Assembly: GCA_040388375.1 (NCBI GenBank) | Contig: JAZKBU010000007.1 | Span: 3,263-67,262, forward strand | Direction of reading: 5' to 3' | DNA from: Bacteroidota bacterium | GTDB taxonomy: Bacteria > Bacteroidota > Bacteroidia > UKL13-3 | Length of the DNA stretch: 64,000 nucleotides | Part shown: in pieces, positions 26,804 through 36,452 of the stretch | Layout: the number at the start of each line of letters is the position of its first letter | How positions within the stretch are numbered: the stretch's first letter is position 1 | Translations under genes and position numbers: made by a program | The notes under the pieces: generated by a model | Told to the model about the DNA's origin: nothing | Databases searched by the model: none | The model's input: the letters and a program-made list of their open reading frames with translations, nothing else

Positions 26804-27766
26804 ATGGAACAAACACCTACAACTGAAACAAAAAATTACCAACTTGATTATCACGGCAGAGGCAGTGAGTTATTTGGGGTACTTATTATTAATTGGCTGC
26901 TTACCTTAGTAAGCTTGGGTTTATATTACCCTTGGGCCAAAGCCAAACAACTCAACTATTTATTTGGAGCTACCTCTTTAAATAATGATAGGTTTGCTTT
27001 CCACGGCACCGGACAAGAAATGTTTAAAGGCTTTATTAAAGCCATAATACTGTTTGCTATTATTTATGGTATTTTTTTCCTGTTTATTTATTTGCAAATG
27101 CCTGTTATAGGTGCATTGCTAATGTATATAGGCTTTTTGGCTTTAATTCCATTGGCTATACATGGTTCGTACCGTTACCGCATGTCAAGAACCTCATGGA
27201 GAGGCATTCGTTTTGGCTACCGTGGCGATAGAGATAAACTAATAGCGCTATTTGTAAAAGGTATATTATTAACCATCGTAACTTTTGGTATTTACGGGGC
27301 TTGGTTTGCTGTTAATTTAAGAAGGTATGTATTGAGTAATGTACGTTTTGGCAATATTAGTTTCCGCTACGAGGCCGATGGTAGTGATTACTTTTGGTTG
27401 GTATTTAAAGGTTATATATTGTCAATTTTAACCTTAGGTATTTATAGTTTTTGGTGGATGAAAGAAATGTTTGCCTTTTTTGTAGATAACCTAAGCATGT
27501 ATAAAGATGGCGAAAGAATAAACTTACATTCAAAAGCAACCGGAGGTGGTTTTTTTGCTTTAATGGTGGTTAATTTTTTAATTATAGTATTTACCTTAGG
27601 CTTGGGTTATGCTTGGGTAGTAACCCGCACCATGCAATTTATGGCCGAAAATATAGTAGTAGAAGGCGATATAGACTTAGACACCATTAGTCAAACCGAA
27701 GAAGAATTTACTGATGCTACAGGCGAAGATGTAAGTGACTTTTTAAACCTTGACATTACGTTATAA
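26804..27766 (+). CDS. DUF898 (YjgN-like) family inner membrane protein
   Basis: Repeated 'LGLYYPWAKAKQLNY / FGIYGAWFAVNLRRY / LGIYSFWWMKEMFAFF' helix-pair modules typical of DUF898. Confidence 0.8.
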   Translation: MEQTPTTETKNYQLDYHGRGSELFGVLIINWLLTLVSLGLYYPWAKAKQLNYLFGATSLNNDRFAFHGTGQEMFKGFIKAIILFAIIYGIFFLFIYLQMPVIGALLMYIGFLALIPLAIHGSYRYRMSRTSWRGIRFGYRGDRDKLIALFVKGILLTIVTFGIYGAWFAVNLRRYVLSNVRFGNISFRYEADGSDYFWLVFKGYILSILTLGIYSFWWMKEMFAFFVDNLSMYKDGERINLHSKATGGGFFALMVVNFLIIVFTLGLGYAWVVTRTMQFMAENIVVEGDIDLDTISQTEEEFTDATGEDVSDFLNLDITL

Positions 27767-28857
27767 TGTATAGAACCACGGCTATCTATTTTGATGGAAA
27801 CTCGTCTACTGCGCAAACCATAGATTTGTTGCTTGATACGCAAAATGCTTTATTGGTTTTTGCTTCGGACACTTTAAGTATACAAAAATGGCCTGTAGAA
27901 GATATTATCCTAAACCATGTAAGCGGATTGCATACCATACAATATGGCAGCAGCCCTATACAAACCATTAAAATAGAAGACCAGGCATTTATACACCAGT
28001 TAAACCAATATAGAAAAGCAATAGGTAAGGACAGTTGGTATCAGGGTTTGCTTAATTTAGGTTTTATAGCCCATATATCTATAGCCCTTGCCCTGTTTGC
28101 ACTTTTAGTAGTTAGTTATATATGGGTATTGCCGGCCGTGGCCGAACATGCAGTAGTATTAGTACCCGAAAGTTACGATATAACAGTAGGTGAGGAGTTT
28201 TACGAGCAGTTTATGGAGTACAACGAAATAGATTCATTCCGAACCGAAAGCCTTAATCAGTTTGCTAAAAAGCTGCAATTGCATAACCAAAAGCCGCTTC
28301 AATTTACGGTAGTAAAATCGGAAACCGTAAATGCTTTTGCTTTACCCGATGGACACATAGTAGTATTTACGGGTTTAATAGAGCTAATGGATAATTACGA
28401 TGAGCTAGTAGCCCTCATAGGCCACGAAGCTACTCATGTAAATGAAAGGCACTCCGTAAAAATGCTTTGTCGTAATGTATCAGGTTATTTAATCGTATCG
28501 GCCATATTGAGTGATGCCAATGGTATTATGGCTACCCTTGCCGATAATGCCAATGGTTTATATTCCTTATCCTTTTCGCGAGGTTTTGAGCGCGAAGCCG
28601 ACTTAAAAGGATTTGATATTATGGAAAGCAACCGCGTAAACCCATATGGCATGACCCATTTGTTTGATAAGCTGGTAACTGGTAACGATACCACTATAAT
28701 AGTTCCTGAATTTTTAAGTTCACACCCTGTTACCAAAGATAGAATGAGCTATATGCACAAAACCATTGAGAGTCGCCCGTACAGCTACAAAAGTAATTTA
28801 CTACTTAAAAAATTGTTTGACGATATTAAACGGGGCGAGGCTATTCCTATAAAATAA
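27766..28857 (+). CDS. M48 family zinc metallopeptidase with N-terminal domain and TM segment
   Basis: 'ALIGHEATHVNERH' HExxH motif. Its start codon overlaps the stop of the DUF898 gene (ATAATG), which suggests translational coupling. Confidence 0.8.
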   Translation: MYRTTAIYFDGNSSTAQTIDLLLDTQNALLVFASDTLSIQKWPVEDIILNHVSGLHTIQYGSSPIQTIKIEDQAFIHQLNQYRKAIGKDSWYQGLLNLGFIAHISIALALFALLVVSYIWVLPAVAEHAVVLVPESYDITVGEEFYEQFMEYNEIDSFRTESLNQFAKKLQLHNQKPLQFTVVKSETVNAFALPDGHIVVFTGLIELMDNYDELVALIGHEATHVNERHSVKMLCRNVSGYLIVSAILSDANGIMATLADNANGLYSLSFSRGFEREADLKGFDIMESNRVNPYGMTHLFDKLVTGNDTTIIVPEFLSSHPVTKDRMSYMHKTIESRPYSYKSNLLLKKLFDDIKRGEAIPIK

Positions 28858-28871
28858 AGCTTCCCATAAAA

Positions 28872-28905
28872 AAGCGCAAAGGCCAAGCCTTTGCGCTTTT
28901 TTTAT
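28872..28905 (+). terminator. Rho-independent terminator
   Basis: gcgcaaaggc-caa-gcctttgcgc: perfect 10-bp stem followed by T7. Confidence 0.75.
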
Positions 28906-29080
28906 AACCATTCCGTAAGTATTAAGTAGTTGTAATGGCATACGTTATTAGTATTATAAAATACTAAAACACAAAATAAATACTGACAATCAACAGGATG
29001 AAGGATATATAATTTTTATCAATACCCGTAAGCACCTCCCATACACATAAGCAACTATAATTGCGCCCAATTTTTTAAGT

Positions 29081-30913
29081 ATGAAATATAAAATATTGGG
29101 GGGAATATTGGCTGTTTTCAGTTTAATAAACGGAGCCACAGCACAGCAAGACAGTAACCAATTAAATACGGTAGTAATACAAGAAAACCGATTACAGATT
29201 AAAGAATTGCCCAACAGCCATGTGCTCTTAAAAATGGAGTTGGCACTATTACAATCACATAAAAGCGTAGCCGACCTGTTAAGTAACGTAAATGGAGTAG
29301 ATATACGCCAAAGGGGTCCTGCGGGTATACAGTCCGATGTATCTATAAGAGGTGGTTCCTTTGACCAAACACAAATTTTATTGAATGGCTTAAAAATGAA
29401 CGACCCACAAACGGGTCATCATAACATGAATTTGCCATTGCCCGAAGAAGCCATTAAAGAAATAATAGTAGCCAAAAACTCAGCCGCCCGTAAATATGGT
29501 TTAAATGCTTACAGTGGTTATGTAAACATACTAACACAAGTACCTAAAAACAATATGGTGTATGCAGGTGTTATGGGAGGAGAATATGGTTTGTTTGCTG
29601 CTCAGCTTGGGGCCGCTTGGCACATAAAAAACTGGGCGCAGCATATAGCGGTTAAACAATCAACCAGCGATGGGTATACCACCAATACCGATTTTAAAAC
29701 CAAAGAAATATTTTACCAATCAAGCATTCATACATCCAAAAACCAATTGGATATTTTTGGTGGTTATGCCGAGCGTGCCTTTGGTGCAAGAGGTTTTTAT
29801 GTAGCAAAATCAACCGAGTTTGAAACAACCAAAAGTACTTTTATAGGTATAAAAGATAAATTTAAAATAAACAATTGGCATATACTTACACAAGCCTATT
29901 GGCGCAATAATGGCGACCAATATATTTACCTGAGAAACAATCCCAGCATCTACGAAAACCAACATTATACCAATACCATGGGTTTAGAGTTACATGCTAC
30001 GCATTATAATAAATTAGGGCAAACGGGTATTGGTATTGATATAAGAAACGAAAGTATTAGGAGTTATAATTTTTCGTCAGGTAAAAGAAATGAACAGTTG
30101 GGCATAAGAGATAGAAATATACAAGGACTTTTTGTAGAGCATGCGTTTAGCTTATTAAACAAAAAACTATTCATTACGCCAGGGGTGTATGTTAATTTAT
30201 TAAACAATAACCAACTGGATTTTTTCCCCGGGTTTGATGCACAATACAAAGCCACCACGCAAATAACTTTATTTGCCACGCTCGATAATGCTTTGCGCTT
30301 ACCTACGTATACCGATTTGTATTACAAAGGGCCTGCTAACATAGGTAACAGTGCACTGACGCCAGAAAAATCAATCAATTCAGAAATAGGAATACAATAT
30401 AAAAAACAAGCCATTAGCATAGCTGCATCGTATTTTAATAGGTACTCCAACAATACCATTGATTGGGCTAAAATGGCCGATTCGCTAAAATGGCAACCTT
30501 TAAATGTAAACCACTTACAAACCGATGGTATGGAGTTTTCGTTTGCTTATTTTACCAAAGGCATTTTAAACAAATTGTCTGTTGACTATACTTATATAGA
30601 TATGAAACTTTTGCAAAGCGAAAATTATAAAAGCTATTATGCACTCACCAACTTAAAACACCAACTGATTATAAAAGCAGCTATTAAATTACCCAAAAGT
30701 ATCATGCTTACTTTATCGGGCAGGCACATAGAAAGAGTAAGTTTGGTTGATTACCAATTGTTAGACGCCAGATTGAGTTGGCAATACAAAGGCTTATTCA
30801 CTTACATTGATATGAGCAATATATTGAACAAACAATATACAGAGGCAGGTTATGTACAAATGCCAGGAAGATGGTTCAGTGCTGGCATACAATATAAACT
30901 GGTGGGTAAATAA
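29081..30913 (+). CDS. TonB-dependent outer membrane receptor
   Basis: Signal peptide and plug domain (DLLSNVNGVDIRQRGPAGIQSDVSIRGGSFDQTQILLNGLKMND). Beta-barrel with a C-terminal aromatic residue region (...RWFSAGIQYKLVGK). Confidence 0.85.
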   Translation: MKYKILGGILAVFSLINGATAQQDSNQLNTVVIQENRLQIKELPNSHVLLKMELALLQSHKSVADLLSNVNGVDIRQRGPAGIQSDVSIRGGSFDQTQILLNGLKMNDPQTGHHNMNLPLPEEAIKEIIVAKNSAARKYGLNAYSGYVNILTQVPKNNMVYAGVMGGEYGLFAAQLGAAWHIKNWAQHIAVKQSTSDGYTTNTDFKTKEIFYQSSIHTSKNQLDIFGGYAERAFGARGFYVAKSTEFETTKSTFIGIKDKFKINNWHILTQAYWRNNGDQYIYLRNNPSIYENQHYTNTMGLELHATHYNKLGQTGIGIDIRNESIRSYNFSSGKRNEQLGIRDRNIQGLFVEHAFSLLNKKLFITPGVYVNLLNNNQLDFFPGFDAQYKATTQITLFATLDNALRLPTYTDLYYKGPANIGNSALTPEKSINSEIGIQYKKQAISIAASYFNRYSNNTIDWAKMADSLKWQPLNVNHLQTDGMEFSFAYFTKGILNKLSVDYTYIDMKLLQSENYKSYYALTNLKHQLIIKAAIKLPKSIMLTLSGRHIERVSLVDYQLLDARLSWQYKGLFTYIDMSNILNKQYTEAGYVQMPGRWFSAGIQYKLVGK

Positions 30914-31052
30914 GGTGACGTTTTGTTACCTTTTTCCCTTTTCAAAATTTGCAAGTAATCAGCGTAGTTTAAATACTATAGAAAGTTAATCATAAAAATA
31001 ATGCCATATTTCATTTAATTTATTTAATTGCACGCTACAAAACAAAACAACT

Positions 31053-32948
31053 ATGGGAGAATTTTTAACGCATTATGGCTGGATTATTATATTGGTCATC
31101 TGTTTATTACTGTACAAAATTATATTGAGGTTTTTATTCGGAATGGTAATAGTTCCCGAAGATAAAATAGGTTTAGTAACCAAAAAATTTGTACTGTTTG
31201 GTACTGATAAGGAATTACCTGATGGACGCATTATTGCTACCAAAGGCGAAGCAGGTTTCCAGGCAAAAACATTGGCTCCCGGTCTATACTTCTGGATGTG
31301 GGTTTGGCAGTATGATGTAACCATGGAAAGCTTTATGATAATACCGGAAGGAAAAATAGGTTTGGTATTGGCAAAAGATGGTGCAGAGATTCCAACAGGT
31401 AATATATTAGGTAAACGTGCAGAGTGCGATAATTTTCAGGATGCAGAAAAGTTTTTAAACAATGGCGGACAACGTGGTCGCCAAACGGTTTATATAACGG
31501 CCGGTTCGTACCGTATCAATACCATGTTGTTTCAGGTATCCATAACCGATATGATACGCATACAGGAAAGCATGGTGGGTATAGTAACCACTTTAGATGG
31601 TATGCCTATAGATGCAGGACAAATAGCAGGTAAGCTGGTGGACGGACATAATAATTTCCAGGACTTTGATACCTTCCTTAAAAATGGTGGTAACAGAGGT
31701 TTACAACCACAGGTTATTTTAGCAGGTTCGTATAACTTAAATCCTTGGGCAGTGCAAATGGAAGAAATTCCGATGACGGAAATACCTATTGGTTATGTGG
31801 GCGTTGTTATATCGTACATAGGGCAAGAGGGAAGCGATTTAACAGGCTCAGAGTTTAAACATGGTAATATAGTAGAAAAAGGATTTAAAGGCGTTTGGCT
31901 AGAGCCGCTTGGTCCGGGTAAATACCCTATTAACAAATATATTATGAAAGTAGAGTTGGTACCAACTACCAACCTTGTTTTAAACTGGGCTGCAGCCCGA
32001 AGCGAAGCCCATAATTTAGATAAAAACTTATCGACCATTACCGTACGCTCTAAAGACGGATTTCCGTTTAACTTAGATGTGGCGCAAATTATACATGTAC
32101 CTACTACGGAAGCACCAAAAGTGATTGCCCGTTTTGGTAATATGGTTAATTTAGTATCGCAGGTATTAGAGCCAACTATTGGTAACTATTTTAGAAACTC
32201 GGCACAGGATAGCGATGTAATTGCTTTTTTAAGCACCCGTAAAGAGCGTCAGGAATCAGCCAAAGGACATATTAAAAAAGTATTGGATGAGTATAACGTA
32301 AATGCTGTTGATACTTTAATTGGCGATATAGTACCACCAGAATCGTTAATGAAAACATTAACCGACAGGAAGCTGGCAGAAGAGCAAAAGATAACTTACA
32401 ATACACAAAAGCAGGCACAGGAAACTCGCCAAGGAATGGAGAAAGAAACTGCCATTGCCGATATGCAGAAAGATATAGTAAAAGCACAACAAAGTGTAGA
32501 GATAGCCGAACGTACAGCTAACGCAACGGTTAAAAAATCGGAGGGAGATGCTGCCAGTGTAAGGTTAGCCGTAAGTGCGGAAGCAGAGGCTACCAAGCTG
32601 CGTGCGCAAGCCGAATCAGAATCTATTAAGCTAAAAGCATCGGCACAGGCAGAGCAAATAGTTTTAACTGGTAATGCCGAAGCAGGTAAAATTTTAGCCA
32701 TTGGTAAGTCAACAGCCGAAGCCTATGAGTTAGCCGTAAAAGCATTGGGTGGCGAAAACTTTACCCGTTATAAAATTACCGAAGAGTTATCGAAAGGCAA
32801 TATCAAACTAATACCGGATGTATTAATTGGAGGTAACAACGGTGGCGGCAATGCCATGGAAGGTTTATTGGGATTAAAGCTCATGGAAATGATGAACCCT
32901 GATAAGAAAGAAAATCCTGTTACTATTGAAAAGAAAGACGAAGCGTAA
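31053..32948 (+). CDS. Flotillin-like (SPFH/band-7) membrane protein
   Basis: N-terminal TM. Duplicated PHB-like region (PEDKIGLV / PEGKIGLV). Long Ala/Glu-rich coiled coil (AEAEATKLRAQAESESIKLKASAQAEQ), as in YqiK/FloT. Confidence 0.7.
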   Translation: MGEFLTHYGWIIILVICLLLYKIILRFLFGMVIVPEDKIGLVTKKFVLFGTDKELPDGRIIATKGEAGFQAKTLAPGLYFWMWVWQYDVTMESFMIIPEGKIGLVLAKDGAEIPTGNILGKRAECDNFQDAEKFLNNGGQRGRQTVYITAGSYRINTMLFQVSITDMIRIQESMVGIVTTLDGMPIDAGQIAGKLVDGHNNFQDFDTFLKNGGNRGLQPQVILAGSYNLNPWAVQMEEIPMTEIPIGYVGVVISYIGQEGSDLTGSEFKHGNIVEKGFKGVWLEPLGPGKYPINKYIMKVELVPTTNLVLNWAAARSEAHNLDKNLSTITVRSKDGFPFNLDVAQIIHVPTTEAPKVIARFGNMVNLVSQVLEPTIGNYFRNSAQDSDVIAFLSTRKERQESAKGHIKKVLDEYNVNAVDTLIGDIVPPESLMKTLTDRKLAEEQKITYNTQKQAQETRQGMEKETAIADMQKDIVKAQQSVEIAERTANATVKKSEGDAASVRLAVSAEAEATKLRAQAESESIKLKASAQAEQIVLTGNAEAGKILAIGKSTAEAYELAVKALGGENFTRYKITEELSKGNIKLIPDVLIGGNNGGGNAMEGLLGLKLMEMMNPDKKENPVTIEKKDEA

Positions 32949-32954
32949 GTAAAT

Positions 32955-33009
32955 AACCTATACTAAAAAAGCCCAACTGCATTGCAGTCGGGCTTTTTTA
33001 GTATAGGTT
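32955..33009. terminator. Bidirectional terminator: a 55-bp near-perfect palindrome between convergent genes
   Basis: aacctatactaaaaaagcccaactgc|at|tgcagtcgggcttttttagtataggtt. GC stem flanked by an A-run and a T-run. Confidence 0.7.
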
Positions 33010-33021
33010 ATTTTGTTTGTA

Positions 33022-33483
33022 TTAACGTCTCCGTTTTACAAAGGTTAGCTTTTTTGCTTTAGGAGCAGGTTTCAGGCTTATTTCCTTTTCAGCCAAAGCT
33101 ACATCGTAATCAATCCAGATAATGTTTAAATGGTAGTTGTCATATAGCACAATAACACGGTGTGTAATGTCTTTATCCTGTATATATTCTATAGCAGCAA
33201 TGGTATATTTTCTGCCACCCATAGAGCAAGGCAATCTTTTACCATCAAGACTTGGCGTATTGAAAAATACTTTGGTAAAGCCTTCGCCCGTAATGGAGTC
33301 GTAAGCCGTTTTATCGTAAGCCGCAGTGCGGCTATACAATTCTATACCTACATATTCAGGTTTGTTTTTTACACAGGCGTTTATATGCAATTGCTGACCA
33401 ACAGTAAAGGGCACTTTGTTTTTTTGCTGCGCAAACAAAGCAACACTGCTCAACACATACAGGATAATGAATAACTTTTTCAT
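33022..33483 (-). CDS. Hypothetical secreted protein (153 aa)
   Basis: Signal peptide MKKLFIILYVLSSVALFAQQ. Confidence 0.5.
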   Translation of the reverse strand: MKKLFIILYVLSSVALFAQQKNKVPFTVGQQLHINACVKNKPEYVGIELYSRTAAYDKTAYDSITGEGFTKVFFNTPSLDGKRLPCSMGGRKYTIAAIEYIQDKDITHRVIVLYDNYHLNIIWIDYDVALAEKEISLKPAPKAKKLTFVKRRR

Positions 33484-33489
33484 ATTATT

Positions 33490-35370
33490 TTATGCTTTAA
33501 CAACCAATACCGGAATATTTACCAAATGCCTTACATCGTCAACAGTTGAGCCAAAAATTAAATCGCTTATACCAGCATGTCCGTGTGCACCCATTACCAA
33601 CACATCCATATTGTTTTCATTTACAATTTGTGCAATACTTTTAGCCCTGTTGCCGTAGCCTAACTGTATATCAGCGGTAATACCCAATTCTTTTAAGTTG
33701 TTTTGGTAAGCTTCCAAATTAGCTTGGTCTGATAGGGTTTCCGTATCCAATGCATCTTTACCCAAGCGTTTAGCCATAGCCGATTCTACCACATGTATCA
33801 ATAAATAATCCATATCCTTTCCGCCCAAAGTAATAGCGTGGTTTATGGTAGCCTGGTCCTGTTTACTGAAATCAACTGAAATGGCAATTTTTTTGTATTG
33901 AACAGGTTCAATGTATTCCAACTGCACCGCATTGCCGTGAGGGACTAATCGTTTTTGTGTATTGAGTTTTACAAACAACGGATTGAAAGTAATGTATAAT
34001 AAAAGCCCCAATGCAAATAAGCAGGTAGCCAATACCAATAGTTTTACTATAATATAATCACCACCCAATACATCAAATAGTTTTATAATTTCTTCAATAA
34101 CCAGTTTTATATTTAAGCTTACAATAATAATGGCCGTAATCCATGCAGCTATTTTTACCCAATTATTAATAGCAAAAGAGCCCATTAGTTTTTTACTGCT
34201 GGTAAAGTGAATAAGCGGAATAACTGCAAAACCAAGTTGTAAGCTTAACACCACCTGGCTAAGTACCAACAGGCTGCCTAATTTATCGTTACCAAAAAAT
34301 AAAATGGTTGCTACTGCGGGTATAATAGCTATTAAACGGGTTATCAACCTGCGTAATAAAGGGCTGATACGTAAGTTTAAATAACCCTCCATAATAATTT
34401 GTCCGGCCAGTGTGCCCGTAATGGTAGAGCTTTGCCCTGCACAAATTAAAGCAATGGCAAACAGGGCAGGAGCCAGATTGCCAAATAAACTTTTCAGTAA
34501 AATATGTGCATCCTGTATACTTGAAACCTCATGATGCCCCAGCTTAAAAAAGGCAGTAGCGGCTAAAATTAATATAGCAGCATTTACAAAAAAGGCCATG
34601 TTTAAAGCAATGAACGAATCAATAAAATTAAACTTAATGGCTTTGCGAATACCCTCATCGTTTTTTTCAATTTTACGCGATTGAACCAATGCCGAATGCA
34701 GGTACAAATTATGGGGCATAACGGTAGCACCAATAATACCAATGGCTATGTACAAGGCATTGCCATCTAGGTTGGTAGGTATAAAACCTTTGCTTACTTC
34801 TATATAGTCAGGATCAACAATAAACAACTCTGTTAAAAACGAAAGCCCAATAATACTAACCAGCGAAACAATAAATATCTCAAGCTTGCGTACTCCTTTA
34901 TTAATTAAAAGCAATAATAAAAAAGTATCAAGCACCGTAATTAAAACACCATATATTAAAGGCAAACCAAACAGTAAATTTAAACCGATTGCCATCCCTA
35001 TTATCTCCGCTAAATCGCAAGCGGCAATGGCTATTTCGGCAAATACATACAAAGAAACATTGGTCCATTTTGGGTACTGTTGTCTGCTGGCTTGGGCTAA
35101 ATCCCAGCCTTTTACTATGCCTAACCGAGCGGCTAAACCCTGTAAGAGCAAAGCCATTAAATTACTCATTAACAATACCCAAATGAGTTGGTAACCAAAC
35201 TGGCTTCCTCCGGCTATATCAGTAGCCCAATTACCCGGGTCCATATAACCAACACTTACCAAATAAGCAGGCCCTATAAACGCCAAAAGCGTACGCCACC
35301 AGTTTTTCTGAACAGGTATATTTACGCTTTCGTGTATTTCGCTTAATGATTTATCAGAGTGCTTATCCAT
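33490..35370 (-). CDS. mntH: Nramp-family divalent metal (Mn2+/Fe2+) transporter MntH fused to a C-terminal universal stress protein (UspA) domain
   Basis: 'GPAYLVSVGYMDPGNWATDIAGG' Nramp signature. 11-12 TM helices. The C-terminal 150 aa (ISVDFS...VLVMGAHGHAGISDLIFGSTVDDVRHLVNIPVLVV) is a UspA fold. Confidence 0.9.
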   Translation of the reverse strand: MDKHSDKSLSEIHESVNIPVQKNWWRTLLAFIGPAYLVSVGYMDPGNWATDIAGGSQFGYQLIWVLLMSNLMALLLQGLAARLGIVKGWDLAQASRQQYPKWTNVSLYVFAEIAIAACDLAEIIGMAIGLNLLFGLPLIYGVLITVLDTFLLLLLINKGVRKLEIFIVSLVSIIGLSFLTELFIVDPDYIEVSKGFIPTNLDGNALYIAIGIIGATVMPHNLYLHSALVQSRKIEKNDEGIRKAIKFNFIDSFIALNMAFFVNAAILILAATAFFKLGHHEVSSIQDAHILLKSLFGNLAPALFAIALICAGQSSTITGTLAGQIIMEGYLNLRISPLLRRLITRLIAIIPAVATILFFGNDKLGSLLVLSQVVLSLQLGFAVIPLIHFTSSKKLMGSFAINNWVKIAAWITAIIIVSLNIKLVIEEIIKLFDVLGGDYIIVKLLVLATCLFALGLLLYITFNPLFVKLNTQKRLVPHGNAVQLEYIEPVQYKKIAISVDFSKQDQATINHAITLGGKDMDYLLIHVVESAMAKRLGKDALDTETLSDQANLEAYQNNLKELGITADIQLGYGNRAKSIAQIVNENNMDVLVMGAHGHAGISDLIFGSTVDDVRHLVNIPVLVVKA

Positions 35371-35399
35371 AGATATAATTAGTTTCGCAAAACTAGTAA

Positions 35400-35415
35400 G
35401 TTAGACGCATCTAAC
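35400..35415. promoter_or_regulatory. 16-bp palindrome GTTAGACGCATCTAAC, about 30 bp upstream of the mntH start
   Basis: GTTAGA and TCTAAC are reverse complements around a CGCA centre. Candidate metalloregulator operator. Confidence 0.3.
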
Positions 35416-35472
35416 AAATAAATATTCTTATTTTGTTGTTAAAACTTTTTTTGAGGTATAATTGTAAATAAT

Positions 35473-35640
35473 ATGATGATTAAGAAATTTTTGAGCTACA
35501 TACTGTTTTGGAAAAAAACGCCCGAAACAGACAATACGTCAAACTTTAGCCTGAAGGTTATGCATGGAATTAACAAAATTTCCATTTTAATGTTCTTATT
35601 GGCAGTTATAGTGCTTATAGTACGCTATTTGTTTGCTTAG
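35473..35640 (+). CDS. Possible small membrane protein (55 aa) in the mntH / zinc-peptidase intergenic region
   Basis: MMIKKFLSYILFWKKTPETDNTSNFSLKVMHGINKISILMFLLAVIVLIVRYLFA, with a C-terminal TM helix. Shorter than 60 aa, so absent from the track. Confidence 0.25.
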   Translation: MMIKKFLSYILFWKKTPETDNTSNFSLKVMHGINKISILMFLLAVIVLIVRYLFA

Positions 35641-35665
35641 GCTTATAAATTAAACAATAAAAATT

Positions 35666-36346
35666 ATGTTACCTTATCTAATATTAGTATTACTACCCAT
35701 TGCTGCCAGCTATTTTATAGGATGGCGCTTTAAAGCAAAAGCAAAACAATATGCCGAAAGTTTTTTACAAAACGGACTAACAGGCGCACAAATTGCTGAG
35801 CGTATGTTACACGACCATGGCATATATGATGTAAAAGTTCTTTCAGTAGAAGGACAGTTAACTGACCATTATAACCCGGCTAATAAAACAGTAAATTTAA
35901 GCCAGGTAGTATACCATAGTAACAGCGTTTTAGCTGCTGCGGTTGCTGCGCATGAGTGTGGTCACGCAGTGCAACATGCCAAAGCTTACAGTTGGTTAAT
36001 GCTTAGAAGCAAAGTAGTACCCGTAGTAAGTATTACCAGTCAGTTTATACCCTTTGTATTAATGGGAGGTGTATTAATGATTAATATATTCCCGCAATTG
36101 TTACTGTTAGGCATAGTTATTTTTGCCTTAAGTACCTTGTTTAGCATTATAACTTTACCCGTAGAGTTTGATGCCAGCAAAAGAGCTTTAGCCTGGTTAA
36201 ATACAAAAGGTTATGTAGTAGGCAGAGAAGCAAACGAAGCTAAAACAGCTTTAAACTGGGCAGCTTCTACTTATGTAATGAATGCTATTGCATCAATTGG
36301 TACCCTTATGTATTACGTACTTTTGTTTACAGGCAGAAGAGACTAA
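35666..36346 (+). CDS. YugP-type membrane zinc metallopeptidase (Zn_peptidase_2 family)
   Basis: 'AHECGHAVQH' HExxH motif. Size and TM topology fit PF04298. Confidence 0.7.
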   Translation: MLPYLILVLLPIAASYFIGWRFKAKAKQYAESFLQNGLTGAQIAERMLHDHGIYDVKVLSVEGQLTDHYNPANKTVNLSQVVYHSNSVLAAAVAAHECGHAVQHAKAYSWLMLRSKVVPVVSITSQFIPFVLMGGVLMINIFPQLLLLGIVIFALSTLFSIITLPVEFDASKRALAWLNTKGYVVGREANEAKTALNWAASTYVMNAIASIGTLMYYVLLFTGRRD

Positions 36347-36368
36347 AATAGTTAACAATAGGTTTTAA

Positions 36369-36404
36369 AAAGTTGTGGTTTAGCAGTAAGCCACAACTTT
36401 TTTG
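36369..36404 (+). terminator. Rho-independent terminator
   Basis: gttgtgg..ccacaac stem followed by tttttt. Confidence 0.6.
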
Positions 36405-36452
36405 TTTATACACTTTTGTTGCTTACCATATCCTAAACTTTATATTTACCGC

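Noticed and set aside
28906-29080. Cobalamin riboswitch upstream of the TonB-dependent receptor
   Set aside because: No B12-box (GCCACUG-like) or conserved cobalamin-riboswitch core is visible. The region is AT-rich promoter-like sequence only.
35371-35665. yybP-ykoY Mn2+ riboswitch in the mntH leader
   Set aside because: No recognisable conserved helices or loops of that family. Only a short DNA palindrome, which fits a protein operator better.
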